Source of the DNA: the human T2T-CHM13v2.0 reference genome, Homo sapiens
DNA: 64,000 nucleotides
Strand: one strand, 5' to 3'
Assembly (NCBI RefSeq): GCF_009914755.1
Contig: NC_060935.1
The number at the start of each line of letters is the position of its first letter. The stretch's first letter is position 1. Positions 26,758 through 38,783 of this stretch are shown piece after piece. The notes beneath the pieces were generated by a model that did not search any database, was not told where the DNA came from, and saw nothing but the letters and a program-made list of their open reading frames with translations. The position numbers and the translations under genes are program-made.

Positions 26758-27744
26758 AGTACCTCCACATACCATACACACACACCCAAGGATACAATCA
26801 TACGCATAATTTTAAATTATGTATTGAATTCTGATTCTTTTCACGCATTATTTTTGAGATAGATAATTTTTCTGAAATGGAGACTAGTATTCTGATTTTG
26901 CAGATGGAGAGACTGATGCTTCAACAGATGAGGCATTCTACTGAAAGCCACAAAACTGATGACAGAGCAAGAGCTTACACTCAGGTGTTTTGAACCTTCA
27001 CCCCAACATCTCTTGCTCATTTTTGGGTCACCAACTCCCAGATATCATTCAAGTAGAAACTGGATGACTTTCTGGCAGAAGTGTTACTGAGCAGATTTAT
27101 TCTAGGGGTGAAGGTGGGACTGAATGCCAGGTGGCTCCTCTTCTCATTCTGTATCTCCAGGAGACACTTAGCCCTTGCTTCTGTACTGAAACCTACAATG
27201 AAATTCAATCCCCTGCTGCAGACTCTGAATAGTAATTGCTATTATAGGCAGGAAACATAACAATGAAAACATTTAAACCTCCTGTTGTTAAGAATCTTTA
27301 GGTCAATAGCAGCATTTTAAAATCAATTTGAGCGTTTGCTGGAAGATACAGAAAAGAAACTACAATCAACATAGTAAGGTTAGATAACCCTAGTCATGTT
27401 AACAGCTACCTAAAACTTGACATCAATTCCTTACATTGATTCTCATTTACAGTTTACAAAAAAAAAAAAAAAAAAAGAAAAAATTAGGAAGGACAAGCAT
27501 AAAAACAAGCATAAAAATAATCTCAATGAAGCATCAAATTAGTATAAATAATGATGAAGAGTAATTGCTGCTGTTACTGGAGAACATGTTGTAAATGAGG
27601 TTTTCAAGATATCTGCTAATGATGAGAGGCTTTTGCAGTTTTGAAATTCAGAGAAGGAAAAGCGAAACTGGAATTCACGGCGCTAGATATAGGGTCAGAT
27701 TTGTCCTCCCCCAGGAGTAGCTGCTTCATCAGATTTGGGGGGAC

Positions 27745-27763
27745 TAGTGCCACCTGGTGACTA
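27745..27763 (-). promoter_or_regulatory. Predicted CTCF binding motif
   Basis: Minus strand TAGTCACCAGGTGGCACTA versus consensus TGGCCACCAGGGGGCGCTA. All near-invariant core positions match; binding itself is unverified. Confidence 0.6.
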
Positions 27764-27809
27764 GCACTGTGCTAGGCATGGCAAGGGTTACAAAGATGGG
27801 CGGTAAGTA

Positions 27810-27891
27810 TTAAGTTGGTGCAAAAGTGATTGTGATTGACTTTTGCAATTACTGCAATTAGTTTTCTGCAATTACTTTTGCTCCAACCTAA
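27810..27891. mobile_element. MADE1 (Hsmar1-derived palindromic MITE)
   Basis: ttaagttggtgcaaaagtgattg...caattacttttgctccaacctaa, flanked by TA on both sides. Confidence 0.92.
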
Positions 27892-28089
27892 TAGAAAGCT
27901 GAGCCCAAAGTCACAATCTTGTGTTTGCAGCCTGCCTCCACCAGTTATAAGATTATCTGACATTGTTTCTATCTCTGTCTTCTAGCTATCGATAGATATA
28001 CATATGTAAAATATGTATATTATATATATATGAAATATATAGCATGTCATCACCAGATATTATGTATACATAAATGCATTATATATAAT

Positions 28090-28245
28090 GTATATTTTAC
28101 TTACTGATTTATATTCTATCTTCTCACACCAGAGTGTAAGTTCCAAGAGGGGTAGGAGTATTGATAAGCTAACATACTCCTAGCTTCTAGAATAATAGAA
28201 AAGTATCCAGTACATAGTAGGCACTTGATATTCATGGAATCAATT
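28090..28245 (+). mobile_element. L2 3' end
   Basis: ccagagtgtaagttccaagaggg...agtacatagtaggcacttgatattcatggaat. Confidence 0.65.
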
Positions 28246-29409
28246 TCTTACCTGTTAAAAGTTCCTTATGTAGTTTTCCCACCTTTAATTACCCCTTGAT
28301 ACTTTACCAACATCTGTTCTTCGCATTGTTACCAGAGTCACTGTTTAAGAAATAAATCAATTGCCTTTCCTTCGCAATAAAAAAAGGAAAGAGATGTGGT
28401 AGTAAGTGAATGAGAAAGAAATTTTTCTAAAAATGAAAATCCGATGGTGTCGCCCCTCTGCTGAAAACAATGTAGTGTTTTCTTATTGCTCTTAGGATTA
28501 ATTCCAACTTCCCTAACATAGCTTGCAATGCTCCCCAGCTAATATTTCTCCTTCCATCTCATTTTTCTTTTTGGATATTTCCTAAACATGCCACATAGTT
28601 TTTTTTTGCGTTTTTGGCTTCATGTGGATGGTAGTCTTTCTGCAATACCCATTTTCAATCTTCAGGTTGCTGATGGAATACTGATGGAGTACTAAAAGTT
28701 CCAAGTTAAAAGCTTCCAAGTCTGTGGAAATTTGCCAAATCCCCTTCAGGGCTATTTAATCTCTTCCTTCTCTTCCCCAATGCTTCACGGCTATATTTTT
28801 GTTGGAGAACTTAAATTACAATATAATCTGGCTCCTCAAAAGACTCTGAGGTCATCACATCATCACCTGGTCATCAACACATCATCATCCAAGAAGGAGC
28901 ACAAGTTCCTAGCAAAACAGAAGGTGCTCTGTAAAGGTTTCTTGAATAAATGGCTAAATTTATAAGAAGTCAGATGTATGAGAACAAAACTGTATACTAA
29001 TATCCCAAATAGACTGATGGTTATAAAAATGTAAACCTGTATGTGACTGATTTCAGTGATTTTTACAAATAACTATTCTCAATAATGAAATCTGCTGTTA
29101 TATTTTATTTTTGTTATAAAGAAAAACAACTCAAAATATCCAGAGGTCCTTGGTAAGGCAGAATGCAGCCAGATGGCGCAGGTAAAATAAAGACAAGCAG
29201 AAGAGATGAGTCTGTTCGGGCTTGGGTTTAGTGCCTCTGAAATAAATTTGTCAATGTTCTAACTGACAATAAGGGTCATAAGCTTTCCCTAGCTTAATTT
29301 TACTTCCTGCTGTTTACACCAGAGTGGAGTTATGGTGTAAATTTCTATTTTAATTATAATCTTGGTCATAAGAAATCATTCAGCCCAGAACTCCTAAGTA
29401 TGAGTGGTT

Positions 29410-29525
29410 TTTTAAAAAGAGTCTAGATCTGGTGTCAAGAGATGTGGGTTTAAATCCCATCTCTGCCACCTAGTGTGAACTTGAATAATTCATTTATATA
29501 AGCCTCAGTTGTCATATCTATAATA
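29410..29525 (+). mobile_element. MIR SINE
   Basis: gggtttaaatcccatctctgccacctagtgtgaacttg...agcctcagtt. Confidence 0.7.
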
Positions 29526-29704
29526 ATTTCAGAGTTTCAGCTACAATTCAGATGTTTGTAAGTAAGTGACAGTCTGGGGGTCTGAGGTCTGGGTCTACTT
29601 GGGGTTAAGTTCATTAAGCTGATTAGCAGAGAAGCTTCTAAACCCACTCCATATCTACCTCTTTGGGCATAGAGAAAGGGCAGAAGAAGCAATATTACAA
29701 AACC

Positions 29705-29882
29705 TGTATCTCAAGTCGGTGATCCACCATTGGTGTCTTCTGAGGGCTTGTTAGAAACGCAAATCCTCAGGCCCCATCCAAGACCAACCCCATCATGAGT
29801 TCTAGGGGGATGAAGATCTGCACCTATGTCTTTAGAAAGCCCTCTGTATGATTCTGATGCACACTAAAATAGGAGAAACAAA
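29705..29882 (+). mobile_element. MER5A (hAT-Charlie MITE)
   Basis: cttgttagaaacgcaaatcctcaggccccatccaagacc...tgattctgatgcacactaaa. Confidence 0.8.
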
Positions 29883-32065
29883 GTCCTGGAAGAAAGGCGG
29901 GAAGCTAGTTTTTGCTGTCTGAGGTTGGCTTCCTTGCCTACCCTCTTGGCCTCATGCTGAAGCCTAGTAGACAGGGTGCAGGCAGAAACTGGAGGAGTGT
30001 TCACTCCAGCATTTCCCAACTACTGCTCCCTCTTTTTATACCTAAAAAATGTAATCCCCACCTTTAGTGTTTTATAAATATGCATTAAGTTTCACCATAA
30101 AGCAAATGAATAGTCCACAGCACTGCTTTGCTCTCTTCCTTCTCATGACCTCCTGGAGATTCTTACATGCTCCATCCTAGGGAATCTAAATTTTCTCCCC
30201 ATCCTCAACCCCAGAAACTCATGTATGTATTCTGAATACCTGCTCTATGCCCATACATTCTTTCTCATTTCATATTTACCGTTACCTCTCACAATACTAC
30301 AACCCGCTGGCCCAGTTCCATCCCAAAGGCCTAAAAAAATTACCAGACACTTGTAGTCTTTCTTCTCTAGAAGCAATGCAGTTTCATCCTGGGGAAATTT
30401 TAGGAGCATCCTCTTTACCTGGAAGGGTGGTTTGGCAATAACTATCTACTTTCTAAGGGTCAGAGCACACAGAGGATAATAATACTGTTTTCTGCACCTT
30501 TGTTTTGATTGGCCATGTAGTTAGTTATCGCAAGAAGCTTCAAATACACTCGAGCTATTAGTTTCATATGCCATATATAAAATAGCTCATTTGTGGTAGA
30601 GCCCGTCTCACTTGACTGCATTTCTTTTCCGGGTGAAAGGTGCTGATGAGAGTAAGGTATGAAACAAAAGGTATGGCCCAAACTTGACACTCATACAACC
30701 TAAATAAGAAGCAACTCATAGAATAAAAAATCATATAATTATACCAATATCAATGGGAATTAATGCTAGGCTTGGCACTACAGAAAGAGACTGTGTGAAA
30801 AGAAAGGAAGCTGATGCTTTAAGTGATCAATTTATACTGTTTTTGATTCCATGTACTAAACATTAAACTGTAGTATTATTTCTAAGTAATAAGTGCATAC
30901 CACCAAATTGAGATAATTTTGTCTAAATCATTCACTGTGGACAAATTGGTCACTGAGAGGAGCAACAAAAATACCTGGGACTGTGAGGTGGAAAATATAA
31001 TCACCAATCCCAGTTTACAAAAGAGGACATCAGGGAACAAAGAAAATGGACTTGCCCAATACCATGAAATTCCTAAGAGAAGTATGTTAATAGTGTCAAA
31101 CCTCCCCAAAAAATGGGATTTGGAATTAGTTTTCCATACTATGATCAATATAGAAATCTGAGATAAGCTTAGGAAACCTGTCTCCCAAGCATTCTCCCAG
31201 TTCCCACCTTGTTGTTCACATCGTATGTCTGAGCTTTTTCCGAGTGTCCTACTTTTGCTCCCGTTCCCATCTCTAGCATCAGAGCCCTTCACTGAGGCTT
31301 GGCCTACTCCACTGGGGCTCACACTTCCCAGTCCTCAACTTCAAACTGGAAGGAACAGCAGAACAGATGCTGCCACATTGAGCGATGTCACTTTAAAAGA
31401 GAAGAAGAGAAAAAGAAAAAGAAACACCTACATCCCCAAACAAGAACCGCCCTTAGATGTTAAAGCTTGTTCAGCTCAAACACAAGTTGCCAAGTCACAT
31501 AGGATTGGGACTGGTTTCCTTTAGACTCCATGCACCAAGCCTTGCACCAAATGCTTCCCCTTGACTGAGCACACCACAGGTTTCCCCTGTGGAACATATG
31601 TTCAACACAAGGAACATAATTATCAGTGACCAGTGCTGTTGTCCAAAGAAAGAGATTCCATTTCGTTCTTCTGAAATTTATTTTCTTTTAAAACACAGAA
31701 ATACACCAGAATCAGAAAGTTTTTCAATGATTTGTGAGATGCCTATTACAGTATTTTCTAATAAAAGGTATAGAAATAAATTTAAAAGAAGTGACCAAAA
31801 ATTCAGATCCCAAAGAACTGTCACTTGCACTATTGCCCTTACCTTTTAATAAAAGGAAAGATCAAGTATTACAACCACATCTCCTCACTCCTTTAGCAAA
31901 ACAGCTACTGCCAAGAAAATGATTAATTGGCTGTTACTTATTTGACTCTAATGACTGAGTTTCAGGGCAATCATAAGCATTTTGAATCATCGGCTTATTT
32001 CTTAGTACAACCAGTTTCAAACTCAATATAGGGCTTTCTGAAATGCTGGACAGAATGGCGCAGGT

Positions 32066-32672
32066 TGAAGGAGACCAAAAAATTCACCCAAAAATATACG
32101 CCTTTGACATTTTGAGATGGCTGTTCAGAGGGCCTGCAGACAGAAATAGTTCTACAAAGCTGTCTTTTGTGGGGGAGATGTGAATTTGTAGAGAAAATCT
32201 GCATTGATACAGCCGGCCTGTCTCTGAGGCCCTCCCTTGTCCAGATCTAAGAAAGATTAACTGAGAGTCTCACACCTTTAGAGGTCCAAAAAAGAACAAC
32301 AACAACAATAACTACAGCAACAAACATTTACCATCTATTCTCTTGAGGGCTGCTACCTGTGAGATTTCGTCTATCAAACAAGACCCCTTTGTAAGGCCTT
32401 CTCTTCTCTCCCTTCCATAGCCTGTCTTGACGCTATAACCTGATTTACTGCCGTAACCTGTTTCTGACCGTACTTCAAGCCCCTATTCTTTCAGTAACCT
32501 CAACATGTACAAGCTTCTGTATCCTATCATGGGGTGGAGTTATCACTCTTTGGTTCTCCCCTAGGCATGCTAATACATTCTAATGCCATTTCTCCTATTA
32601 ATCTGCCTTTTGTCAGTTTATTTTTAAGCAGACCTTCAGAGGTTAGGAGGAAGTTTTCCCTTGGTCCCTACA
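32066..32672 (+). mobile_element. Solo ERV1 LTR (MER34A-like)
   Basis: TG...CA ends (tgaaggagacc...ggtccctaca). Internal gaaagattaactgagagtct and aaacatttaccatctattctc. 4-bp TSD aggt/aggc. Confidence 0.85.
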
Positions 32673-32808
32673 AGGCACTGTCTCAGTAGCTGAGAGTTCC
32701 GGGTGTTTGTGCTGGCTCTGTTCCACACTGTGTATCACTTCCTCACTTTGGGACTTAAAATGAAGATGGAGTTGAAAACATAAACAGATTTAAACTCCAT
32801 TGATGGTG

Positions 32809-33120
32809 GGCTGGGTGCTGTGGCTCATGCCTGTAATCCCAGCACTTTGGGAGGCTGATGTGGCCAGATAGCTTGAGGTCAGGAGTTCAAGACCAGCCTG
32901 GCTAACATGGTGAAACCCCGTCTCTACTAAAAATTAAAAAATTAGCCAGGCTTGGTGGTAGGCGCCTCTAATCCCAGCTACTCGGGAGACTGAGGCAGGA
33001 GAATCACTTGAACCCCAGAGATGGAGGCTGCAGTGAGCCAAGATCACACCACTGCACTCCCTGCTGGGTGATGGAGGGAGACTCAATCTAAAGAATAAAT
33101 TAAAAAATAAACAAACAAAC
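32809..33120 (+). mobile_element. Alu (AluS)
   Basis: Dimeric Alu. TSD aaactccattgatggtg/aaactatattgatggtg. Confidence 0.95.
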
Positions 33121-33199
33121 AAACTATATTGATGGTGGTAGGGGTGGCATTGGGCAATATACAAAAATAAATGCTCAGTAAATATTTGTGGAATGAGGT

Positions 33200-33573
33200 A
33201 AGGGAAGGAAGGAAGGAAATGAGGGAGGGAGGAAGGAAGGAAGGAAGGAAAGGAGGGAGGGAGGAAGGAAGGAAGGAAAGAAGGGAGGAAAGAAGGGAGG
33301 GAGGGAAGGGAGGGAGGGAAGGAAGGGAGGAAGGGAGGGAGGGAGGGAAGGAAGGGAGGAAGGGAGGGAAGGAAGGGAGGAAGGGAGGAAGGGAGGGAAG
33401 GGAGGGAGGGAAGGGAGGAAAGAAGGGAGGGAGGGAAGGGAGGGAGGGAAGGAAGGGAGGAAGGGAGGGAGGGAGGGAAGGAAGGGAGGAAGGGAGGGAA
33501 GGAAGGGAGGAAGGGAGGGAAGGGAAGGGAGGGAGGGGAGGAAGGGAGGAAGGGAGGAGAGGGGAGGAAAAAG
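33200..33573. repeat. Polypurine (GGAA/GGGA)n low-complexity tract
   Basis: No pyrimidine on the + strand from 33221 to 33573. Confidence 0.97.
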
Positions 33574-33674
33574 CAGGGAGTTAGAATAGCAGAATAGCTG
33601 AAACTCCTTGAAGTTCTCCCAGGTAGTGAAAACAGCATAGACCATATATCATCTTTAACAACCTCATTCCATAG

Positions 33675-33849
33675 CAGCAGTTCTCAACCAGCTGCACATT
33701 AGAATCACTTGAGTAACCTACAAAATCTTGATGCCATGACTGTACCTTAAATCAATTAAATCAGAACCTCTAGGGATAGCCCCCACGCCAGAGTATTTTT
33801 TAAAAGCTACCCAAGGGTTCCAATGTGCAGCCAGGGTTGAGAATCAGGG
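33675..33849. mobile_element. MER5-family MITE (MER5B-like)
   Basis: cagcagttctcaaccagctgcacattagaatcac...aatgtgcagccagggttgagaa inverted termini. Confidence 0.8.
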
Positions 33850-34209
33850 CTCTCTAGACAGCATGCCTCTGGAATCAATCTCTGACTAATAACTGGTTGC
33901 CATGGAAATTTATCCACCAGCTGGGTGAGCATTGTCCAACCTCCAGGTTACTTTCAAAACTAAAAATAACTGATACTTTCAATCATTGGAATAATAAATC
34001 CTTTTATGACCCACAGAAAAATGAAAAGTATTGCAATACAACCCGCTCTTCATATACATCCATTCAGTTCTTCTCAGTGGATCCCTCAGTTGATACTGAG
34101 TCCTAGCTATAAACTAAACAGCATGAGAAAAACCACTAGACATTTGTTTCTCATTTGCTGAATAGGATCACCTGTAAGGGTGCATCCAGCTGTTATGTAT
34201 TTATGTCAG

Positions 34210-34360
34210 GCATGGTAAAGTGGAGGATGTGTGGACCACAGACTTATCAGGCCTCGATTTGTGTCTTGTCTCTGTCACTTATTAGTTTGTGACATTGGGT
34301 AAATCACTTAACCTGTAATAGGTTCACTTTCCTTATCTGTACAATGGGGATATTAATACA
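34210..34360 (+). mobile_element. MIR SINE
   Basis: tgtgacattgggtaaatcacttaacct...tttccttatctgtacaatgggga. Confidence 0.75.
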
Positions 34361-36199
34361 ATGGAAATCTTATTTTTCTTTCCTTTTTTGCAGAAAGAAT
34401 GAGACGTGTTACTTTGTAAATTTCAACTATCATATCATAACACATCTATAATATATGTTTCTTCCCTCCATTGGCATCAATAAAGATGATAGAAAAATCC
34501 ATGTGTTACATTTTTTGAGGGATTGAAAGCAATTTTCATCTTGTGTCTTGCTAAATGCTAAGTGCCCTGATAGTAAGTTCAAGTCCCTCAGAGATCCTTC
34601 TTATGAACAAATTATACAGTCTACCCACTGGGGTTTGGCAACTGAAATGGTTGGAATCCCCTTGTTCTGGTAGGGAGCATAACCATATCATGAAATCACT
34701 CACTTGCTGAACACCTCCTACATATGATCCTGCAATTGACAAGTGCACCTCAGTGTTGTTACAGATGCTCTGTTACCTAAAAAGAAAACTTAAAGTGAGG
34801 AAAGAAAAGAGCAAAACAATTCATTTTCTATCTAATTAAAGTCATTATAAACAGCCTCGTGGTGCTTAACCTTTTTCCTCCAAAATCCCAATGTTTCAGC
34901 TGGTTGCTCAGATGTGGAGCTTCACTGAGGTTTTCCTTAATTGCCTTTCCATCACTAATGGGATTCACTTCATTATTACCTCTGCCAAAAGCTGCCTCCA
35001 ACTTTCAGCCCCCATGCTGGGCTATTTACATGCCTATTCATAATGCACATTTTCACTGAATGCTGAAGTCATGCCACCTCAAAGTTTACCAAGCTAAATT
35101 GGAGTGTGCCCCTTCTAAGTCGGAACAACCTACTTAAATAATACTTTCTTACATATCTGTCAACTCTCTCCAAACCCCTCCTCTGTTCATTCATGACCCT
35201 TATTTCCCCTTCTCACTTTCTTCCTGGATTTCCCCCTTCTTACTTAGATTCCTTTCTCTCTTCCTTCCTTCCTGGATTCCTTTCTCCCCACTGTGTCCCC
35301 ATTCAGTATCCATTTACTTCCTACACTCATCCTTACATCATCACAGAGCCATCTTACTCTTTCAACCACATCAATAACCTCCCCACCTCTGTCTTCAGTG
35401 AGCAGCTATTTTTCTATCGTATTTTATTTAACCCCAATAAAATTCTGTGAACGAGGTCTAATGAATCCTAATTTAAAGGTGAAGGAACTGAAGGTTATGA
35501 AAGGAAATAGGGTGATGAAGATCATGCAGTTTACAATGACCAAGGTAGAGCGGGACCCAGTCCATAACCTCGGGAAAAAGAACAAGACCACAGAAATCAC
35601 GTGTCATGTCACAGAATGAGAACCATCCAGAGAGCAGCAGTGCTCAGCTGGAGTCTCTCTGTGAAGCAGAGGAGCAAAAGCAGCAGGAATAGAGATCTAC
35701 AACTCCCCATGCCTTGTTCTTTTGACCCTTCTCTAACCAAACCTCTTCAAACAGCACATTAAGTTAGAATTATTGGAGTCTCCTCAAAGAGAATGACTGA
35801 GTAGGTTCTCAGAAGAAGAGACACAGTCCATAATACATGAATATGCATGGTCAGACAGAAGATCTGTTATGAGATGAAGCTGCGGGATTGGGCAGTGCTA
35901 ATCCCAGTGCAATGCAGGAAGATGAGGTTCCAACCAAAGGACATTGCCTAAAAGCACCCCACTTGCAACAAAAGTAATAACAACAACAATAAGAACAGCA
36001 AGAATTCCATATATTAAATGTTTGTTACCATTATTCTTTTATTTTTAAAAAATCACATTGCTTTTTGTTTTGGAAAAAACAAAACGAAACACGTATCTTA
36101 TGATCGATGTGCACACTCAATTTAGCTAAGTTTCTTTGTGTCTGAAAAACTGCTACTAAATTTGACAATGATCCTTATAACCAGTGACATTGAAGAATC

Positions 36200-36425
36200 A
36201 AGAGACCCTGACATGCCCAGAACTGTGCTAAGCCCTTCACATATGACACATCGTTGTATTCCCACAACTCTATGAGGTAGGTCATACTAATATTTTTATT
36301 TTACCAGTGGGAAAACCGAGGCTGAATAAGGATCAAATATTTGCTAAATATAACATGGCTAGAAGTGGCAGAGATGAGAGTCCAACCCTGGTTTATCTAA
36401 TTCTACTATCCATGCTTTAACCACT
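36200..36425 (-). mobile_element. MIR SINE
   Basis: ccacaactctatgaggtagg...ttttaccagtgggaaaaccgaggct...agaagtggcagag. Confidence 0.75.
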
Positions 36426-37364
36426 TTCCTCCCTTGACTAAAGTGGGATAGAGAGCCTCAGGCAAGAACATAACTTAATATCACAGTTTTAATTGTCCTT
36501 GTTCTTTTCTCTTTTCAACAATTATCCTTTTATTAAATATTTTATAGGGTGTCTCATAAAAATACATGAGTTTGTGGGATGATTTATGCTGACTTGAACT
36601 TCCAGTAGTTGTGTCTGTCATTGTGGATTAATACAATGGCATTCTAATCTTATACAACAATCTCCATGAGTTTTGTTAATGTGAATCTCTCTGAGAGAAG
36701 GAGCCATCTTCCTAGACAATGAAGCCAGCTAGGTGCCTCTAGGAACCCCCTCTCACCTCTCCTTCAGTTTTAGGCATCCGTTTTCAGTTCTGCCGTTCCA
36801 ATTGCACTGTGCCTGGGACTTGGTCTAACCAAGCGGGGAGCACATCCACGTGTAAGGTTGGACACAGGAATCACACTGATTTGTAAGCATGCTGAGAAAA
36901 GTCAGCACAAATAGAATCTCCTAGCTTTCAGAAAAAGACTCATTTTCTAATGAAGAAAAAATCCAGAGGGCAGCTCCCATTACTGTGGACATCTACACGA
37001 GGCAGGGATCAAGACGTCTGTTCAACCTAGAGCCTCAGGTGCTAGCTCCTTATAGTAGCAGTCTGGGTTTATGCTGCAGCAGAGAGGGCGAAGTCTTTGA
37101 TGACCATGTCAGGCTGCTGGGAGCTCACCCTGCCATTTGTCTTCCTGTGCATTCTCTTGTCCTCGCCAGGACTCTGCCTATGTGATCAAATCTAGCTGGT
37201 GGACACGAGCAGCCCCTAATAGCCAATGAGCCACATACAAAAAATACAACGTGCACTGATGATGTGACACAGGGGTCACTTCTCAATAATATGACTGTGG
37301 CAATCATACACTGCAGGAAGGAGTTACAGCTTATGGGGAAAAGTACTGGATCAAGAGTTCTGAG

Positions 37365-37860
37365 AAGCAGCATGACTCAGCCAGGCTTATGAGTCAGGCT
37401 TATTGGGGTTCAACTCAGCTGTACCACTCACTCTTTGTGTGACCTTGGACATATTCTACACATGTTTTTATTCTATCATCTGCAAAAGCAGATAAAATAA
37501 AGCCTAGCTGTTAAGGTTAATTTGATTGCTAGATGATTAAAATGCATAAGCATCTGGGTTAGACATATGCAAGCAAAAAATCTTACTTTCTTTCTAAAAT
37601 CTCTACTCAATCCCATCTCATTTCTTACATGAGAAAACCAATGCCCAGAGAGGGGAACAGCTTTCTCAAAGTCACACAGTCGATTCCTGGTAAAGAGTGG
37701 TGCACCAGATAGTGCACTGGATCTGAAATCAGGAGAAATAAGTTTGAATCCCAACTTTACTTTTTCATGTGACACTGAGAATGTTACTTAACTTCTCTAA
37801 GCCTCAGTTTCCTGGTATATATAAAGGGGAGTAGTAATGCTGCTCTTCCTGATTCACTGG
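37365..37860. mobile_element. Cluster of three MIR fragments (+, -, +)
   Basis: MIR cores at about 37410-37490 (+), 37610-37690 (-) and 37740-37830 (+). Confidence 0.65.
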
Positions 37861-38057
37861 TATATTTTCATCTTGTGTGCCATTAAGAAAGGAAAATGTC
37901 CAAGCGAAGGAGTCTAACGGAAGCCACTCACATAGGTCTGGAATACCAAAGGGCTATGCCCTCAGTGTAAGGGAAATAATGAGAGACACCCAGGAAATGT
38001 GCTTGTCTCAGTGTTGGTAGTGATGTGGGAAGGTGGTCTCTCTTAAGAATTAGCCGC

Positions 38058-38163
38058 AGTTACTCGGGAGGCAGATGTCAGAATTGCTTGAGCCCATGAG
38101 CTACGATTGTGCCACTGAACACCAGTCTGGGTGACAGCGAGACCCTGTCTTACAAAAAAAAAA
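38058..38163 (+). mobile_element. Alu right-arm fragment (AluJ/FRAM-like) with internal deletion
   Basis: tactcgggagg...ttgcttgagccca|tgagctacgattgtgccactg...gagaccctgtct followed by an A-tail. Confidence 0.85.
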
Positions 38164-38369
38164 TTGAGCTGTAAGTTTTCAGGCCAGCTTTGTCTTCTGT
38201 ATTTACGCTGTCAGTACGTACCACCTCCCGGCTTCTGCCACCAAAAAAAAAAAAAAAAAATTCTCAAGTAGATAATTTAAAGTGGGCTCAGGTTGACAGT
38301 GCCCCCACGTGACTGGAAGTAAACTTCTCTAGAAGAAGTTTAATAGCGGCACACAGATCAGATTTAGGA

Positions 38370-38671
38370 ATTTGTAAGATTCATCCCAAATTTAATGATG
38401 TTAAAAAGTATAAAAAGATGTGCAGCAGCCAGGCACAGTAGCTTACACCTGTAATCCCAGCAATTTGGGAGGCCCAGTCAGGAGGATCACTTGAGCCCAA
38501 GAGTTCAAGACCAGCCTAGGCAACATAGTGAGACCCCATCTCCATAGAAAATTTAAAAAATTAGCCAGATGTGGTGGTACACACCTGTAGTCTCAGCTAC
38601 TTGAGAGGTTGAGGTAGGCAGATTGCTGAGTCTGGGAAAGATGTACATCTTAGAGTTAAGGAAATATGGTA
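38370..38671 (-). mobile_element. MER104-like (TcMar-Tc2) MITE split by an Alu
   Basis: ttgtaagattcatcccaaatttaatgatgttaaaa...atgtgca [Alu] catcttagagttaaggaaatatggta, joined, resembles reverse MER104. Confidence 0.7.
38427..38636 (+). mobile_element. Alu (AluJ-like), 3'-truncated with no A-tail
   Basis: Left arm, linker and partial right arm ending gattgctgagtctggg. Flanked by aaagatgtgca/aaagatgtaca. Confidence 0.9.
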
Positions 38672-38740
38672 GATATGGTTGTATCTCTTTCATATTATTT
38701 TAAGGAATAATGACAGCATATATGTAACACAGTGCCAGAC

Positions 38741-38743
38741 AAA

Positions 38744-38782
<39 letters not shown>

Positions 38783-38783
38783 A
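38741..38783. repeat. (TAAA)n microsatellite
   Basis: About 10 TAAA units. Confidence 0.95.

Noticed and set aside
28445-28466. Third CTCF-like word (cagcagaggggcga on the minus strand)
   Set aside because: An extra G breaks the motif spacing, and it sits in L2-like sequence.
30882-31524. Overlapping 146, 80 and 99 aa ORFs
   Set aside because: No recognisable domain, some lack a true ATG start, and no convincing exon boundaries; consistent with chance ORFs.
32934-33645. Longest ORFs in the track (234, 156 and 137 aa; PSLP- or GREG-rich)
   Set aside because: They are translations of the stop-free purine tract plus antisense Alu; low complexity, not a gene.
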